Positions 7,567-14,999 of a stretch of DNA of 14,999 nt are shown here, piece after piece. The position numbers and the translations under genes were made by a program. Under the pieces are notes generated by a model, which saw only the letters and a program-made list of their open reading frames with translations, did not search any database and was not told the origin of the DNA. How positions within the stretch are numbered: position 1 is the first letter of the stretch; every line of letters begins with the position of its first letter. The DNA is from Candidatus Firestoneibacteriota bacterium (lineage in GTDB: Bacteria > Oederibacteriota > D2-FULL-39-29 > JBDRBU01): the NCBI GenBank assembly GCA_043822305.1, contig JBDRBU010000057.1:1-14999 (forward strand). Direction: 5' to 3'.

Positions 7567-10500
7567 TTACTTCTTTTTCTTCTTCTCGTCTTCTTTTTTC
7601 ATTAAACCAACATCAAGGGCTAATCCTTGTAGTTCCTTTATTAGAACATTAAACGATTCAGGTAAACCTGGCTCTGGAAGATTTTTACCTTTAACTATGG
7701 CTTCATATGCTTTCGTTCTTCCTTGGACATCGTCACTTTTTATAGTTAAAATTTCCTGTAATGTATGGGCCGCTCCATAGGCCTCAAGCGCCCATACTTC
7801 CATTTCTCCAAATCTTTGTCCACCAAATTGCGCCCTTCCCCCTAATGGTTGCTGTGTAATTAATGAATAAGGTCCTGTGGAACGAGCATGTATCTTATCA
7901 TCAACCATATGGGCCAATTTCATAATATACATATATCCAACTGTAACTTCTTCATTAAATGGTTCACCAGTAATTCCATCAAAAAGTTTCGTTTTGCCAC
8001 TCTCTGGAAGTCCAGCCTCTTTTAAGGCTAACTTTATATCCACTTCTTTTGCTCCATCAAAGACAGGGGTACTTACATAAAATCCAAGCGTCTTCGCTGC
8101 CCAGCCCAGACTTGCTTCTAAGATTTGTCCGACATTCATTCTACTTGGAACTCCCAGAGGATTTAGCACCATTTCTACAGGTGTTCCATCCGGTAAATAG
8201 GGCATATCTTCCTCGCTAACTATTTTGGCCACAACACCTTTATTACCGTGTCTGCCAGACAATTTATCTCCGGCTCTTACTTTTCTCTTTTTGGCAATAT
8301 ACACCTTGACAAATTTTATCACTCCAGAGGGAAGAGTATCCCCTTCTTCTATCCTTTGTATTTCTTTTTCCATTTTAGCATCAATTTCAGCAATTCTAAC
8401 TTTTGCTTTTTCTTTAGCCATATCAATTTTTTCATCAAGTTCCTTTTTGCCTCTAATGGTTTTTTCAAAAAATTTAATCTCTTGATTCCTAATACTTAAA
8501 ATGTTTTCTTTAGTTTTTTCATGCTCTTTTTTTATCTCTTTCTTTAACTCCGTTGTTTTTGCTTTAGATATTGATCCTTTCCTTGAAAATACTTTAATAT
8601 CAATCACTGTTCCCGTCACGCCGGGTGGAACTTTTAACGAGGCATTTTTAACATCTCTTGCTTTTTCACCAAATATGGCTCTTAAGAGTTTTTCTTCCGG
8701 AGTACTTTCTGCTTCTCCCTTTGGTGTTACTTTACCCACAAGAATATCTCCCGGATTAACTTCTGCGCCCATTCTAACAATACCATTTTCGTCCAAATTC
8801 TTCATGGATTCTTCACTAACATTAGGTATGTCTCTGGTGATATCTTCTTCTCCTAATTTTGTATCTCTGGCATCTAAACTAAACTCTTCTATATGAACAG
8901 AAGTAAGTTTGTTATTTTTAAGCAAGTTCTCGCTCATGACTATAGCATCTTCAAAGTTGTATCCTCTCCACGGCATTATAGCCACCAATATATTCTGACC
9001 TAAGGCCAGTTCTCCCCTATCAGTACAAGGACCATCGGCAATCACCTGCCCTTTGGAAATTTTTTGACCTTTTTTAACAATAGGTCTTTGGTCAATACAA
9101 GTATCCTGATTAGTCCTCTCGTATTTTGTTAAATCATAAATATCTAAGTGGCCATCTTCTCCCCATATTTCTATCCTTTTTGAATCTACATATTCAACTA
9201 TGCCGGCATTCTTAGCGGCAACTATTACCTGTGAATCATATGCCACTTTATATTCTATTCCTGTTCCAATTACAGGAGCTTCCGGGCTAATTAAAGGGAC
9301 GGATTGCCTTTGCATATTTGAACCCATTAAGGCTCTATTGGCATCATCATTTTCCAAAAATGGAATTAAAGCAGTTGAAGTACTAACAATCTGCATAGGA
9401 GATACATCCATATAATTTATTTTTTCAGGCGGGATAAGAGGGAAATCACCTTTATATCTACATTGTAATAATTTATCTACAAATCTACTTTTTTCATCTA
9501 AAACTGCATTGGCCTGAGCTATTATAACTTCGTCTTCCTTGTTTGCCGTTAAATATTCTATAGTATCTGTTACAACTCCATCAACAACCTTTCGATATGG
9601 TGTTTCAATAAATCCTAAGTCATTAATTCTAGCGTAAGTAGCCAGCGAACCAATTAATCCAATATTAGGACCTTCGGGGGTCTCAATAGGACACATTCGA
9701 CCATAATGAGTATAATGAACATCTCTGACTTCAATACCAGCTCTTTCTCTATCTAAACCACCAGGGCCTAAGGCCGATAGCCTTCTCTTGTGAGTTAGTT
9801 CGGCTAAGGGATTGGTCTGGTCCATAAACTGGGAAAGTTGACTGGTTCCAAAAAATTCTCTTAATGAGACAACTATAGGTTTAGTGTTTATAACATCTAC
9901 CGGCATAGCCTCATCAAGATCAACCATGCTCATTCTTTCTTTTGTATACTTTTCCATTCTGACTAATCCAATTCTAAATTGATTTTCCGCTAATTCGCCA
10001 ACAGATCTAACTCTTCTATTCCCGAAATGATCAATATCATCTTTCTCGCCTTTTCCATTGATTAGGTCAAGCAGGTGTTTTAAAACACCTATTATATCTT
10101 CTTTTTTAAGAGTTTTATCATTTAATGAAAAGTTTAATCCTAATTTATTATTAACCTTATATCTACCAACTTTTCCTAAATCATATCTTTTTGGATTAAA
10201 AAACATATTTTCAAAAAATATTCTCGCACTATCAATAGTTACCGGCTGTCCTGGTCTCATTTTTTTATAAATTTCAATTAAAGCATCCTCTCTGGTAGGC
10301 TGGACATTATCCTTTAACATTGTCGGTATTATTGTTTCTTTTTCTTCTGCTTCAGATGGTTCTGCTATTTCTATGGTTTTTAATTTGGTTTTTTGTAAAT
10401 CCTTATAAACCTCCTCATTAATACTTTGTCCAACATTAATGGTACAATTTGTTTCTTCAATTACAATTTGTTTTGCAACTTTTTTATTAATTACTTTCTC

Positions 10501-11220
10501 TTTGTCTTTTATATTAACTTCTATTACCTTGTGAAACAATTTTAAAATACTTTCATTAGTTGTATAACCTAAAGCCCGGAGTATAATCGTTGCAAAAAAT
10601 TTTCTTTTTTTATCTATCCTGGCATAAATAATCCCATTTGAATCAAACTCAAATTCTAACCAAGAACCTCTATAAGGAACTATTTTAGCTGAAAATTGCT
10701 TACCCGTAGGTAAAGAAAAAAATTCATTACTTTCATCAAAAGATACTCCGGGAGATCTATGCAATTGGTTAACGACAACTCTTTCGGCTCCATTAATGAT
10801 AAATGTACCTACTCTTGTCATTAGTGGAATTTCACATGCATATATTTCCTGCTCTCTTACTTCCTTTACTTTTTTATTGGGGTCATCGCCTTTCATTATG
10901 GCCATTCTAACTACGAACTTTAATGACGATCCGTAGGTCACTCCTCTTTCCTTGCACTCAATAACAGTATGCTTGGGTTCAGAAAGAGTATAACTAACAA
11001 ACTCTAACGAAATATCTCCTCTAATGGATGCTATGGGTAAAATTTCATTAAAAACACCTTGTAACCCCACATTTTTTCTTTTATCGAAAGGAATATCTTT
11101 TTGAAGAAACTCATCATATGATTTCTTTTGAATCTCAATTAGATTAGGCACCTCTAAAACCTTAGGAAGTTTAGAATAATCTTTTCTTTTACGCTTTCCT
11201 AATTTATCAAATTCTTCCAT
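7567..11220 (-). CDS. rpoB: DNA-directed RNA polymerase subunit beta (about 1217 aa; ATG at 11220 preferred over track TTG at 11238)
   Basis: INGAERV, Rif-pocket region [60 protein letters not shown]-like GGGGGTG lies just upstream of the ATG at 11220. Confidence 0.98.
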   Translation of the reverse strand: MEEFDKLGKRKRKDYSKLPKVLEVPNLIEIQKKSYDEFLQKDIPFDKRKNVGLQGVFNEILPIASIRGDISLEFVSYTLSEPKHTVIECKERGVTYGSSLKFVVRMAIMKGDDPNKKVKEVREQEIYACEIPLMTRVGTFIINGAERVVVNQLHRSPGVSFDESNEFFSLPTGKQFSAKIVPYRGSWLEFEFDSNGIIYARIDKKRKFFATIILRALGYTTNESILKLFHKVIEVNIKDKEKVINKKVAKQIVIEETNCTINVGQSINEEVYKDLQKTKLKTIEIAEPSEAEEKETIIPTMLKDNVQPTREDALIEIYKKMRPGQPVTIDSARIFFENMFFNPKRYDLGKVGRYKVNNKLGLNFSLNDKTLKKEDIIGVLKHLLDLINGKGEKDDIDHFGNRRVRSVGELAENQFRIGLVRMEKYTKERMSMVDLDEAMPVDVINTKPIVVSLREFFGTSQLSQFMDQTNPLAELTHKRRLSALGPGGLDRERAGIEVRDVHYTHYGRMCPIETPEGPNIGLIGSLATYARINDLGFIETPYRKVVDGVVTDTIEYLTANKEDEVIIAQANAVLDEKSRFVDKLLQCRYKGDFPLIPPEKINYMDVSPMQIVSTSTALIPFLENDDANRALMGSNMQRQSVPLISPEAPVIGTGIEYKVAYDSQVIVAAKNAGIVEYVDSKRIEIWGEDGHLDIYDLTKYERTNQDTCIDQRPIVKKGQKISKGQVIADGPCTDRGELALGQNILVAIMPWRGYNFEDAIVMSENLLKNNKLTSVHIEEFSLDARDTKLGEEDITRDIPNVSEESMKNLDENGIVRMGAEVNPGDILVGKVTPKGEAESTPEEKLLRAIFGEKARDVKNASLKVPPGVTGTVIDIKVFSRKGSISKAKTTELKKEIKKEHEKTKENILSIRNQEIKFFEKTIRGKKELDEKIDMAKEKAKVRIAEIDAKMEKEIQRIEEGDTLPSGVIKFVKVYIAKKRKVRAGDKLSGRHGNKGVVAKIVSEEDMPYLPDGTPVEMVLNPLGVPSRMNVGQILEASLGWAAKTLGFYVSTPVFDGAKEVDIKLALKEAGLPESGKTKLFDGITGEPFNEEVTVGYMYIMKLAHMVDDKIHARSTGPYSLITQQPLGGRAQFGGQRFGEMEVWALEAYGAAHTLQEILTIKSDDVQGRTKAYEAIVKGKNLPEPGLPESFNVLIKELQGLALDVGLMKKEDEKKKKK

Positions 11221-11236
11221 AACACCCCCAAAATAC

Positions 11237-11268
11237 AAATTACGAATTGTAAATTACGAATTATAAAT
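11237..11268. repeat. Short tandem repeat with 7/14-bp periodicity upstream of rpoB
   Basis: aaattac-gaattgt-aaattac-gaattat-aaat. Confidence 0.6.
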
Positions 11269-11301
11269 ATTCTAAAAAACTTTTTCTTGTTTTCCCTTTT
11301 T

Positions 11302-11327
11302 TTGTAGTCGCAGGCTTTAGCCTGCGT
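11302..11327 (+). repeat. GTAG-type REP palindrome, copy 1 (rplL-rpoB spacer)
   Basis: ttGTAGtCGCAGGCTttAGCCTGCGt: GTAG tetranucleotide 5' of an 8-bp inverted repeat. 25/26 identical to 12425-12450. Confidence 0.8.
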
Positions 11328-11370
11328 GTTTTATAGTGGTTTAGTTCTTTTACCCTTAATCGCAAATGGA

Positions 11371-11394
11371 GTCGGGATCATCTCTGACCCCGAC
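11371..11394 (-). other. Stable RNA hairpin with GNRA tetraloop downstream of the rplL stop
   Basis: Minus-strand GUCGGGGUCA-GAGA-UGAUCCCGAC, a 10-bp stem that is fully paired (one G-U) only on the transcribed strand. No clean U-tract follows. Confidence 0.6.
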
Positions 11395-11412
11395 ATACCC
11401 GTAATCCGTAGT

Positions 11413-11805
11413 TTACTTTACTTCTATCGTGGCACCAGACCCTTCAAATTTCGCTTTAAGCTTCTCTGCTTCTTCTTTGGTTACACCTTCTTTAACAGAT
11501 TTTGGTGCTCCCTCGACTAAATCTTTAGATTCTTTTAATCCTAATCCTGTTATTTCCCTTACAACCTTTATAACCTGAATTTTTTTATCTCCAGTATTTG
11601 TTAAAACCACACTAAAAGTAGTTTGTTCCTCTGCAGCTGGAGATGACTGTGCTGTTTTATCACCTGAACCACTTACGGCCACCGGTGCCGATGCTACGGC
11701 TGAGACACCAAATCTTTCTTCTAATACCTTTATCAACTCCGATAGCTCTATCACGCTCATATTCTCAATCCCTTTTATTATGTCCTCTTTTGTTAAATCT
11801 GCCAT
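11413..11805 (-). CDS. rplL: 50S ribosomal protein L7/L12 (130 aa)
   Basis: [55 protein letters not shown]. Confidence 0.99.
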   Translation of the reverse strand: MADLTKEDIIKGIENMSVIELSELIKVLEERFGVSAVASAPVAVSGSGDKTAQSSPAAEEQTTFSVVLTNTGDKKIQVIKVVREITGLGLKESKDLVEGAPKSVKEGVTKEEAEKLKAKFEGSGATIEVK

Positions 11806-11836
11806 AAAATACCTCCTTTACAATTTTAACTTTCTA

Positions 11837-12358
11837 TTATGATTTTTTGTCTTTTATCAATGTTAAAGAACCCATTAATTTATGCAAATTGGCTTTCAAC
11901 ACAAACACAAAATTACATAATGGAGATTTCATTCCACCTATAACTCTGGCTACTAAAACTTCTCTTCCTGGTAATCCTGCTAAAAATTTTATTTTATTAA
12001 CATCAACTATTTTACCGGCAAGTATTCCGGCCTTTACTTTTAAATTTTCATTACCAGATGCGAACTCTTTTAATATCTTTGCGGGGACAACCGGATCATC
12101 GTAACTAACTATAACAGCCGTTGGACCTAAAACAACTTTTTCAAAATCATTTATATTGACTTTTTGTAATGCTCTCCCTATTATATTATTTTTTATTACT
12201 TTATATTCAACATTGGATTTTTTTAATTTTCTCCTTAACTCTGTCACCTCAGTAACATTTAATCCTTGAAAACCTATAAATATTACACATTTTGCTTTGG
12301 CAAACTTTTCGACCAAATCATTAACTTCTTCTTCCTTTTTAACTTTTGTTAAACTCAT
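11837..12358 (-). CDS. rplJ: 50S ribosomal protein L10 (173 aa; ATG at 12358)
   Basis: GLNVTEVTELRRKL, YKVIKN, GPTAV, LPGREVL. SD AGGAGG (12366-12371) is 7 nt from the ATG at 12358, whereas the track start is the preceding TTG. Tandem TAA TAG stops. Confidence 0.97.
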   Translation of the reverse strand: MSLTKVKKEEEVNDLVEKFAKAKCVIFIGFQGLNVTEVTELRRKLKKSNVEYKVIKNNIIGRALQKVNINDFEKVVLGPTAVIVSYDDPVVPAKILKEFASGNENLKVKAGILAGKIVDVNKIKFLAGLPGREVLVARVIGGMKSPLCNFVFVLKANLHKLMGSLTLIKDKKS

Positions 12359-12378
12359 CAATAAACCTCCTCGGCCAT

Positions 12379-12426
12379 GTATCAGTTCTCGTATCAGCTC
12401 TTGTATTGGTTCTTGTATCGGTTCTT
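12379..12426. repeat. Tandem array of four degenerate 12-bp units in the rplA-rplJ spacer
   Basis: gtatcagttctc / gtatcagctctt / gtattggttctt / gtatcggttctt, followed in register by gtag. Confidence 0.85.
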
Positions 12427-12450
12427 GTAGCCGCAGGCTTTAGCCTGCGT
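12425..12450 (+). repeat. GTAG-type REP palindrome, copy 2 (rplA-rplJ spacer)
   Basis: ttGTAGcCGCAGGCTttAGCCTGCGt, same orientation as copy 1, one mismatch outside the stem. Confidence 0.8.
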
Positions 12451-12456
12451 ATTGCA

Positions 12457-13143
12457 TTATACAACATATGGCCTCACATCAATATTAATACCAGGTCCCA
12501 TAGTAGAACTAACTATTATTTTTTGAATATATGTGCCTTTCACGCCTGATGGTTTATTCTTAACTATAGCCTCGATTAAAGTGCTGGCATTTTCTATTAA
12601 CTTCTTTTCTTCAAAAGAAGATTTTCCTACTACAGAATAAATCATTCCACCTACATCTGTTTTAAATTCTATCCTGCCTGTTTTTGCTTCTTTTATGGTC
12701 TTGGCTAAATTATAAGTTACAGTTCCAGTCTTAGGATTCGGCATAAGTCCAAGTGGCCCTAATATTTTTCCTATTTTTCCTAATTCTTTCATCATATCCG
12801 GTGTGGCTATGGCCACATCAAAATCCCGCCAGCCACCAGAAATCTTTTCCATTAAATCTTCTGCGCCCACAAAATCTGCACCAGCCTCTTTTGCTTCTTT
12901 CTCCTTCTCGCCTTTAACAAAAACTAAAACTTTTGGTATTTTACCTGTCCCATGAGGAAGGACAACATTTCCTCTTACAGCCTGACTTGTTTGTTTAACA
13001 TCAATCCCTAATTTTATTGTCACATTAACCGTCTCGTCAAATTTTGCATTTGCTGTTTTCTTGGCTAAGCAACAACCTTCTTCTAATAAATATTTTTTAT
13101 TTCCATCAACAAGTTTTTTTAATTCTATTATTCTCTTTCCCAT
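12457..13143 (-). CDS. rplA: 50S ribosomal protein L1 (228 aa; ATG at 13143)
   Basis: [46 protein letters not shown] (13154-13159) overlaps the rplK TAG and is only 1 nt from the track TTG, so the ATG at 13143 is preferred. Confidence 0.98.
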   Translation of the reverse strand: MGKRIIELKKLVDGNKKYLLEEGCCLAKKTANAKFDETVNVTIKLGIDVKQTSQAVRGNVVLPHGTGKIPKVLVFVKGEKEKEAKEAGADFVGAEDLMEKISGGWRDFDVAIATPDMMKELGKIGKILGPLGLMPNPKTGTVTYNLAKTIKEAKTGRIEFKTDVGGMIYSVVGKSSFEEKKLIENASTLIEAIVKNKPSGVKGTYIQKIIVSSTMGPGINIDVRPYVV

Positions 13144-13157
13144 TAAAAACAAACCTC

Positions 13158-13592
13158 CTATTCTACTATTTCTATGCCCATACTTCTTGCCGTTCCTTTT
13201 ACCATGGACATGGCTGATTCTAAATTTAATGTATTTAAATCTGGCATTTTTAAAGTAGCAATTTCTTTTACTTGAGACTCGGTAACTTTTCCTATCTTTG
13301 TTTTATTAGGTTCACCAGATGCTTTAGCAATTCCGGCCGCACGTTTTAGTAACACCGACACCGGTGGAGTCTTTAAGATAAAAGTAAATGATTTATCGTT
13401 ATATATAGTAACAACTACAGGAATAATTAAACCTTCCTGCGCCGGGTCAGATGTTTTTGCATTAAACTGTTTACAAAATTCCATTATATTTACCCCATGC
13501 TGACCTAAAGCCGGACCAACCGGAGGAGCAGGATTTGCTTTTCCTGCTTGTACCTGTAACTTAACAACTGTTTGTATCTTTTTTGGTGGCAT
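13158..13592 (-). CDS. rplK: 50S ribosomal protein L11 (144 aa)
   Basis: [49 protein letters not shown]. Confidence 0.99.
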   Translation of the reverse strand: MPPKKIQTVVKLQVQAGKANPAPPVGPALGQHGVNIMEFCKQFNAKTSDPAQEGLIIPVVVTIYNDKSFTFILKTPPVSVLLKRAAGIAKASGEPNKTKIGKVTESQVKEIATLKMPDLNTLNLESAMSMVKGTARSMGIEIVE

Positions 13593-13643
13593 AAAACACT
13601 CCTTTATCGTAAGTATTCAGTGAAAGCCCTCTAATTTTTAATT

Positions 13644-13679
13644 CCCCCTTAATAAAGGGGGTTAGGGGGTTAGGGGGTT
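13644..13679. repeat. C5/G5 inverted repeat followed by TTAGGGGG tandem repeats (nusG-rplK spacer)
   Basis: ccccctt-aata-aaggggg-tta-ggggg-tta-ggggg-tt. Confidence 0.8.
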
Positions 13680-13721
13680 GTTCTTTTAACGCTTAAATTT
13701 TATGTTAACTCTGTGGGTTCA

Positions 13722-14249
13722 CTAAATCTTCTCTATGCTTGAAAAATCTGTTTCAGCTAATGTTGGTCGAGAAAATACTGTTAGCATAACTTTTACTTTC
13801 ATTCTATCTGGATATACTTCCTCTATGACTCCGGAGAAATTAGTGAATGGACCTTCTGTTACTCGAACGGCATCGCCTTTTTCAAATTCAACAATATGTT
13901 TTGGTGTAGGAATTGTTCCTTTCATCTGTCCTAAGATTGTATTAACTTCCTCACCTGAAAGTGTTAATGGTTTTGGACCAGCTCTTACAAATCCTGTAAC
14001 TTTTGGAGTATTCCGAACAAGAGTCCAGGTATCATCTGTCATATCCATCTCAACTAATACATAGCCCGGATAGAATTTCTTAGATATACTCTTTTTTTTA
14101 CCACTTTTAACCTGAATGACTTCTTCTTTGGGAATTAATACCTGAAAAATTTTATCAACCATTCCCATAGTTTTAATTCTGTATTCCAAATTTACTTTTG
14201 CTTTTTCTTCGCAACCAGAGTATGTTGTGACTATATACCACTGTGCCAT
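13722..14249 (-). CDS. nusG: Transcription termination/antitermination factor NusG (175 aa)
   Basis: WYIVTTYSG, KFYPGYVLVEM, VRNTPKVTGFV and KOW motif GDAVRVTEGPF. Position between secE and rplK. Confidence 0.99.
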   Translation of the reverse strand: MAQWYIVTTYSGCEEKAKVNLEYRIKTMGMVDKIFQVLIPKEEVIQVKSGKKKSISKKFYPGYVLVEMDMTDDTWTLVRNTPKVTGFVRAGPKPLTLSGEEVNTILGQMKGTIPTPKHIVEFEKGDAVRVTEGPFTNFSGVIEEVYPDRMKVKVMLTVFSRPTLAETDFSSIEKI

Positions 14250-14257
14250 CTAATTAG

Positions 14258-14449
14258 TTAACCTCCAACAATTATTTTTTGAAGGATTCCACTTATTATA
14301 ACATCTGCCACACCTGTAAATACTGACAAAATTGCTACGGTAATAATTACGACTACAGTTGAACCAATTGTTTCGTCTTTTGTTGGCCATGAAACTTTAA
14401 GCATTTCTATTTTAACTTCATTTAAGAAATCTTTAAGTTTTTTAAACAT
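14258..14449 (-). CDS. secE: Preprotein translocase subunit SecE (63 aa, single-TM type; ATG at 14449)
   Basis: MFKKLKDFLNEVKIEMLKVSWPTKDE followed by a hydrophobic segment. SD AAGGAG (14456-14461) is 6 nt upstream of the ATG at 14449. Confidence 0.96.
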   Translation of the reverse strand: MFKKLKDFLNEVKIEMLKVSWPTKDETIGSTVVVIITVAILSVFTGVADVIISGILQKIIVGG

Positions 14450-14496
14450 TTGCTTCTCCTTAAGACGTTTGTTGTCTATCCTTACCGCCATCCAAG

Positions 14497-14571
14497 CAGG
14501 CCTGGCAGGATTTGAACCTGCAACCCACGGATTTGGAGTCCGTCGCTCTGTCCAATTAGAGCTACAGGCCT
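14497..14571 (-). tRNA. trnW: tRNA-Trp (anticodon CCA); 3' CCA not encoded
   Basis: AGGCCTG acceptor pairs with CAGGCCT, D-stem GCTC/GAGC, anticodon arm ACGGA-CTCCAAA-TCCGT (anticodon at 14534-14536), T-arm GCAGG-TTCAAAT-CCTGC, discriminator G then CTT. Canonical location between rpmG and secE. Confidence 0.97.
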
Positions 14572-14583
14572 AATTCCAATATT

Positions 14584-14736
14584 CTAAACCTTTGCTTCAT
14601 TATGTATTATGTGTTTTTTACACCACTTACAATATTTGCTAAATTTGAGTTTGTCAGGATTTTTCTTTTTGTTCTTTGTTGAATAATAATTTTTTCTCTT
14701 ACAACTACTACATATTAAAACAATAGTCTCTTGCAT
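14584..14736 (-). CDS. rpmG: 50S ribosomal protein L33 (50 aa, zinc-binding C+ form)
   Basis: Manual translation MQETIVLICSSCKRKNYYSTKNKKKNPDKLKFSKYCKWCKKHIIHNEAKV*, with two CxxC motifs. Too short for the ORF track. Confidence 0.97.
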   Translation of the reverse strand: MQETIVLICSSCKRKNYYSTKNKKKNPDKLKFSKYCKWCKKHIIHNEAKV

Positions 14737-14746
14737 ATCTCCCTCT

Positions 14747-14999
14747 TTACTCTATTATCTCGCTAACTACTCCTGCACCTACTGTATGTCCGCCTTCTCT
14801 TACCGCAAATCTTAACTCCTTCTCCATAGCTATCACATTTATTAACTCTACTTCCATAACTACATTATCTCCCGGCATAATCATCTCTATCCCTTCCGGC
14901 AATTTTATACTCCCGGTGACATCTGTTGTCCTGAAGTAAAACTGCGGCCGGTAGCCATTGAAAAATGGCGTATGTCTCCCGCCTTCTTCTTTCGTTAAG
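14747..14999 (-). CDS. tuf: Elongation factor Tu, 3' end (partial); copy upstream of rpmG/secE
   Basis: Manual translation [29 protein letters not shown]...MPGDN...[25 protein letters not shown] at 14747-14749. Confidence 0.98.
   Translation of the reverse strand, partial: LTKEEGGRHTPFFNGYRPQFYFRTTDVTGSIKLPEGIEMIMPGDNVVMEVELINVIAMEKELRFAVREGGHTVGAGVVSEIIE

Noticed and set aside
9770..9845. Rifampicin-resistance substitutions in RpoB
   Set aside because: Positions equivalent to E. coli Q513, D516, H526 and S531 (and I572 further along) are all wild type.
3492..11220. Intein, intron, split or fusion in rpoB/rpoC
   Set aside because: Both ORFs are continuous, of ordinary length and separated by a 22-nt spacer with an SD. 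Their inserts fall at known lineage-specific sites.
11260..11290. Internal rpoB promoter (minus-strand TATAAT at 11265-11260)
   Set aside because: No -35 or extended -10 match, and the hexamer lies inside an AT-rich tandem repeat.
11302..12450. CRISPR array interpretation of the palindromic 26-bp repeats or the 12-bp array
   Set aside because: There are only two copies, 1.1 kb apart and separated by genes. The 12-bp units have no spacers, and there are no cas genes in the window.
12358..12457. Mini-ORFs MQYAG (overlapping the rplA stop) and MAEEVY (overlapping the rplJ start) as leader peptides
   Set aside because: Very short, no SD of their own, and expected by chance. They would need ribosome profiling support.
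12346..12549. Plus-strand 67-aa ORF with hydrophobic run VSVLVSALVLVLVSVLVAAGFSLR (possible small membrane toxin)
   Set aside because: The hydrophobic run is just the translation of the 12-bp tandem array plus the REP. It has a TTG start with no SD and overlaps rplJ and rplA antisense.
214..14064. All plus-strand ORFs in the track (60-143 aa)
   Set aside because: They are antisense shadows of highly conserved minus-strand genes, with no recognisable motifs.
14450..14491. N-terminal extension of SecE given by the ORF track
   Set aside because: The upstream ATG abuts the tRNA 3' end with no SD, while the ATG at 14449 has a well-spaced AAGGAG.
139..14749. Alternative genetic code, since no gene ends in TGA
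   Set aside because: TAA/TAG preference is expected for highly expressed genes in an AT-rich genome, and no in-frame TGA interrupts any gene.

Overview
AT-rich bacterial core-genome window in which every real gene is on the minus strand. Read right to left it carries the conserved transcription/translation supercluster: tuf (3' end) - rpmG - tRNA-Trp(CCA) - secE - nusG - rplK - rplA - rplJ - rplL - rpoB - rpoC - rpsL - rpsG - fusA - tuf (5' end). rpmG, tRNA-Trp and both tuf fragments are missing from the supplied ORF track, and four start codons (secE, rplA, rplJ, rpoB) are better placed downstream of the track starts. No accessory genes, transposases or CRISPR arrays are seen, and I do not claim a new gene system. 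The interesting signal is in two places. First, the spacers: a consensus sigma70 promoter followed by a terminator/antiterminator leader before rpsL, two near-identical GTAG-type REP palindromes flanking rplJ-rplL, a 4x12-bp tandem array abutting one of them, a C5/G5 hairpin with TTAGGGGG repeats before rplK, and other small repeats sitting where L1/L10 autoregulatory leaders usually lie. Second, substitutions at normally near-invariant residues in EF-G switch I, S12, L1 and RNA polymerase beta', suggesting a divergent diderm-type lineage. Comparisons to other organisms are from recalled consensus motifs, not database searches.
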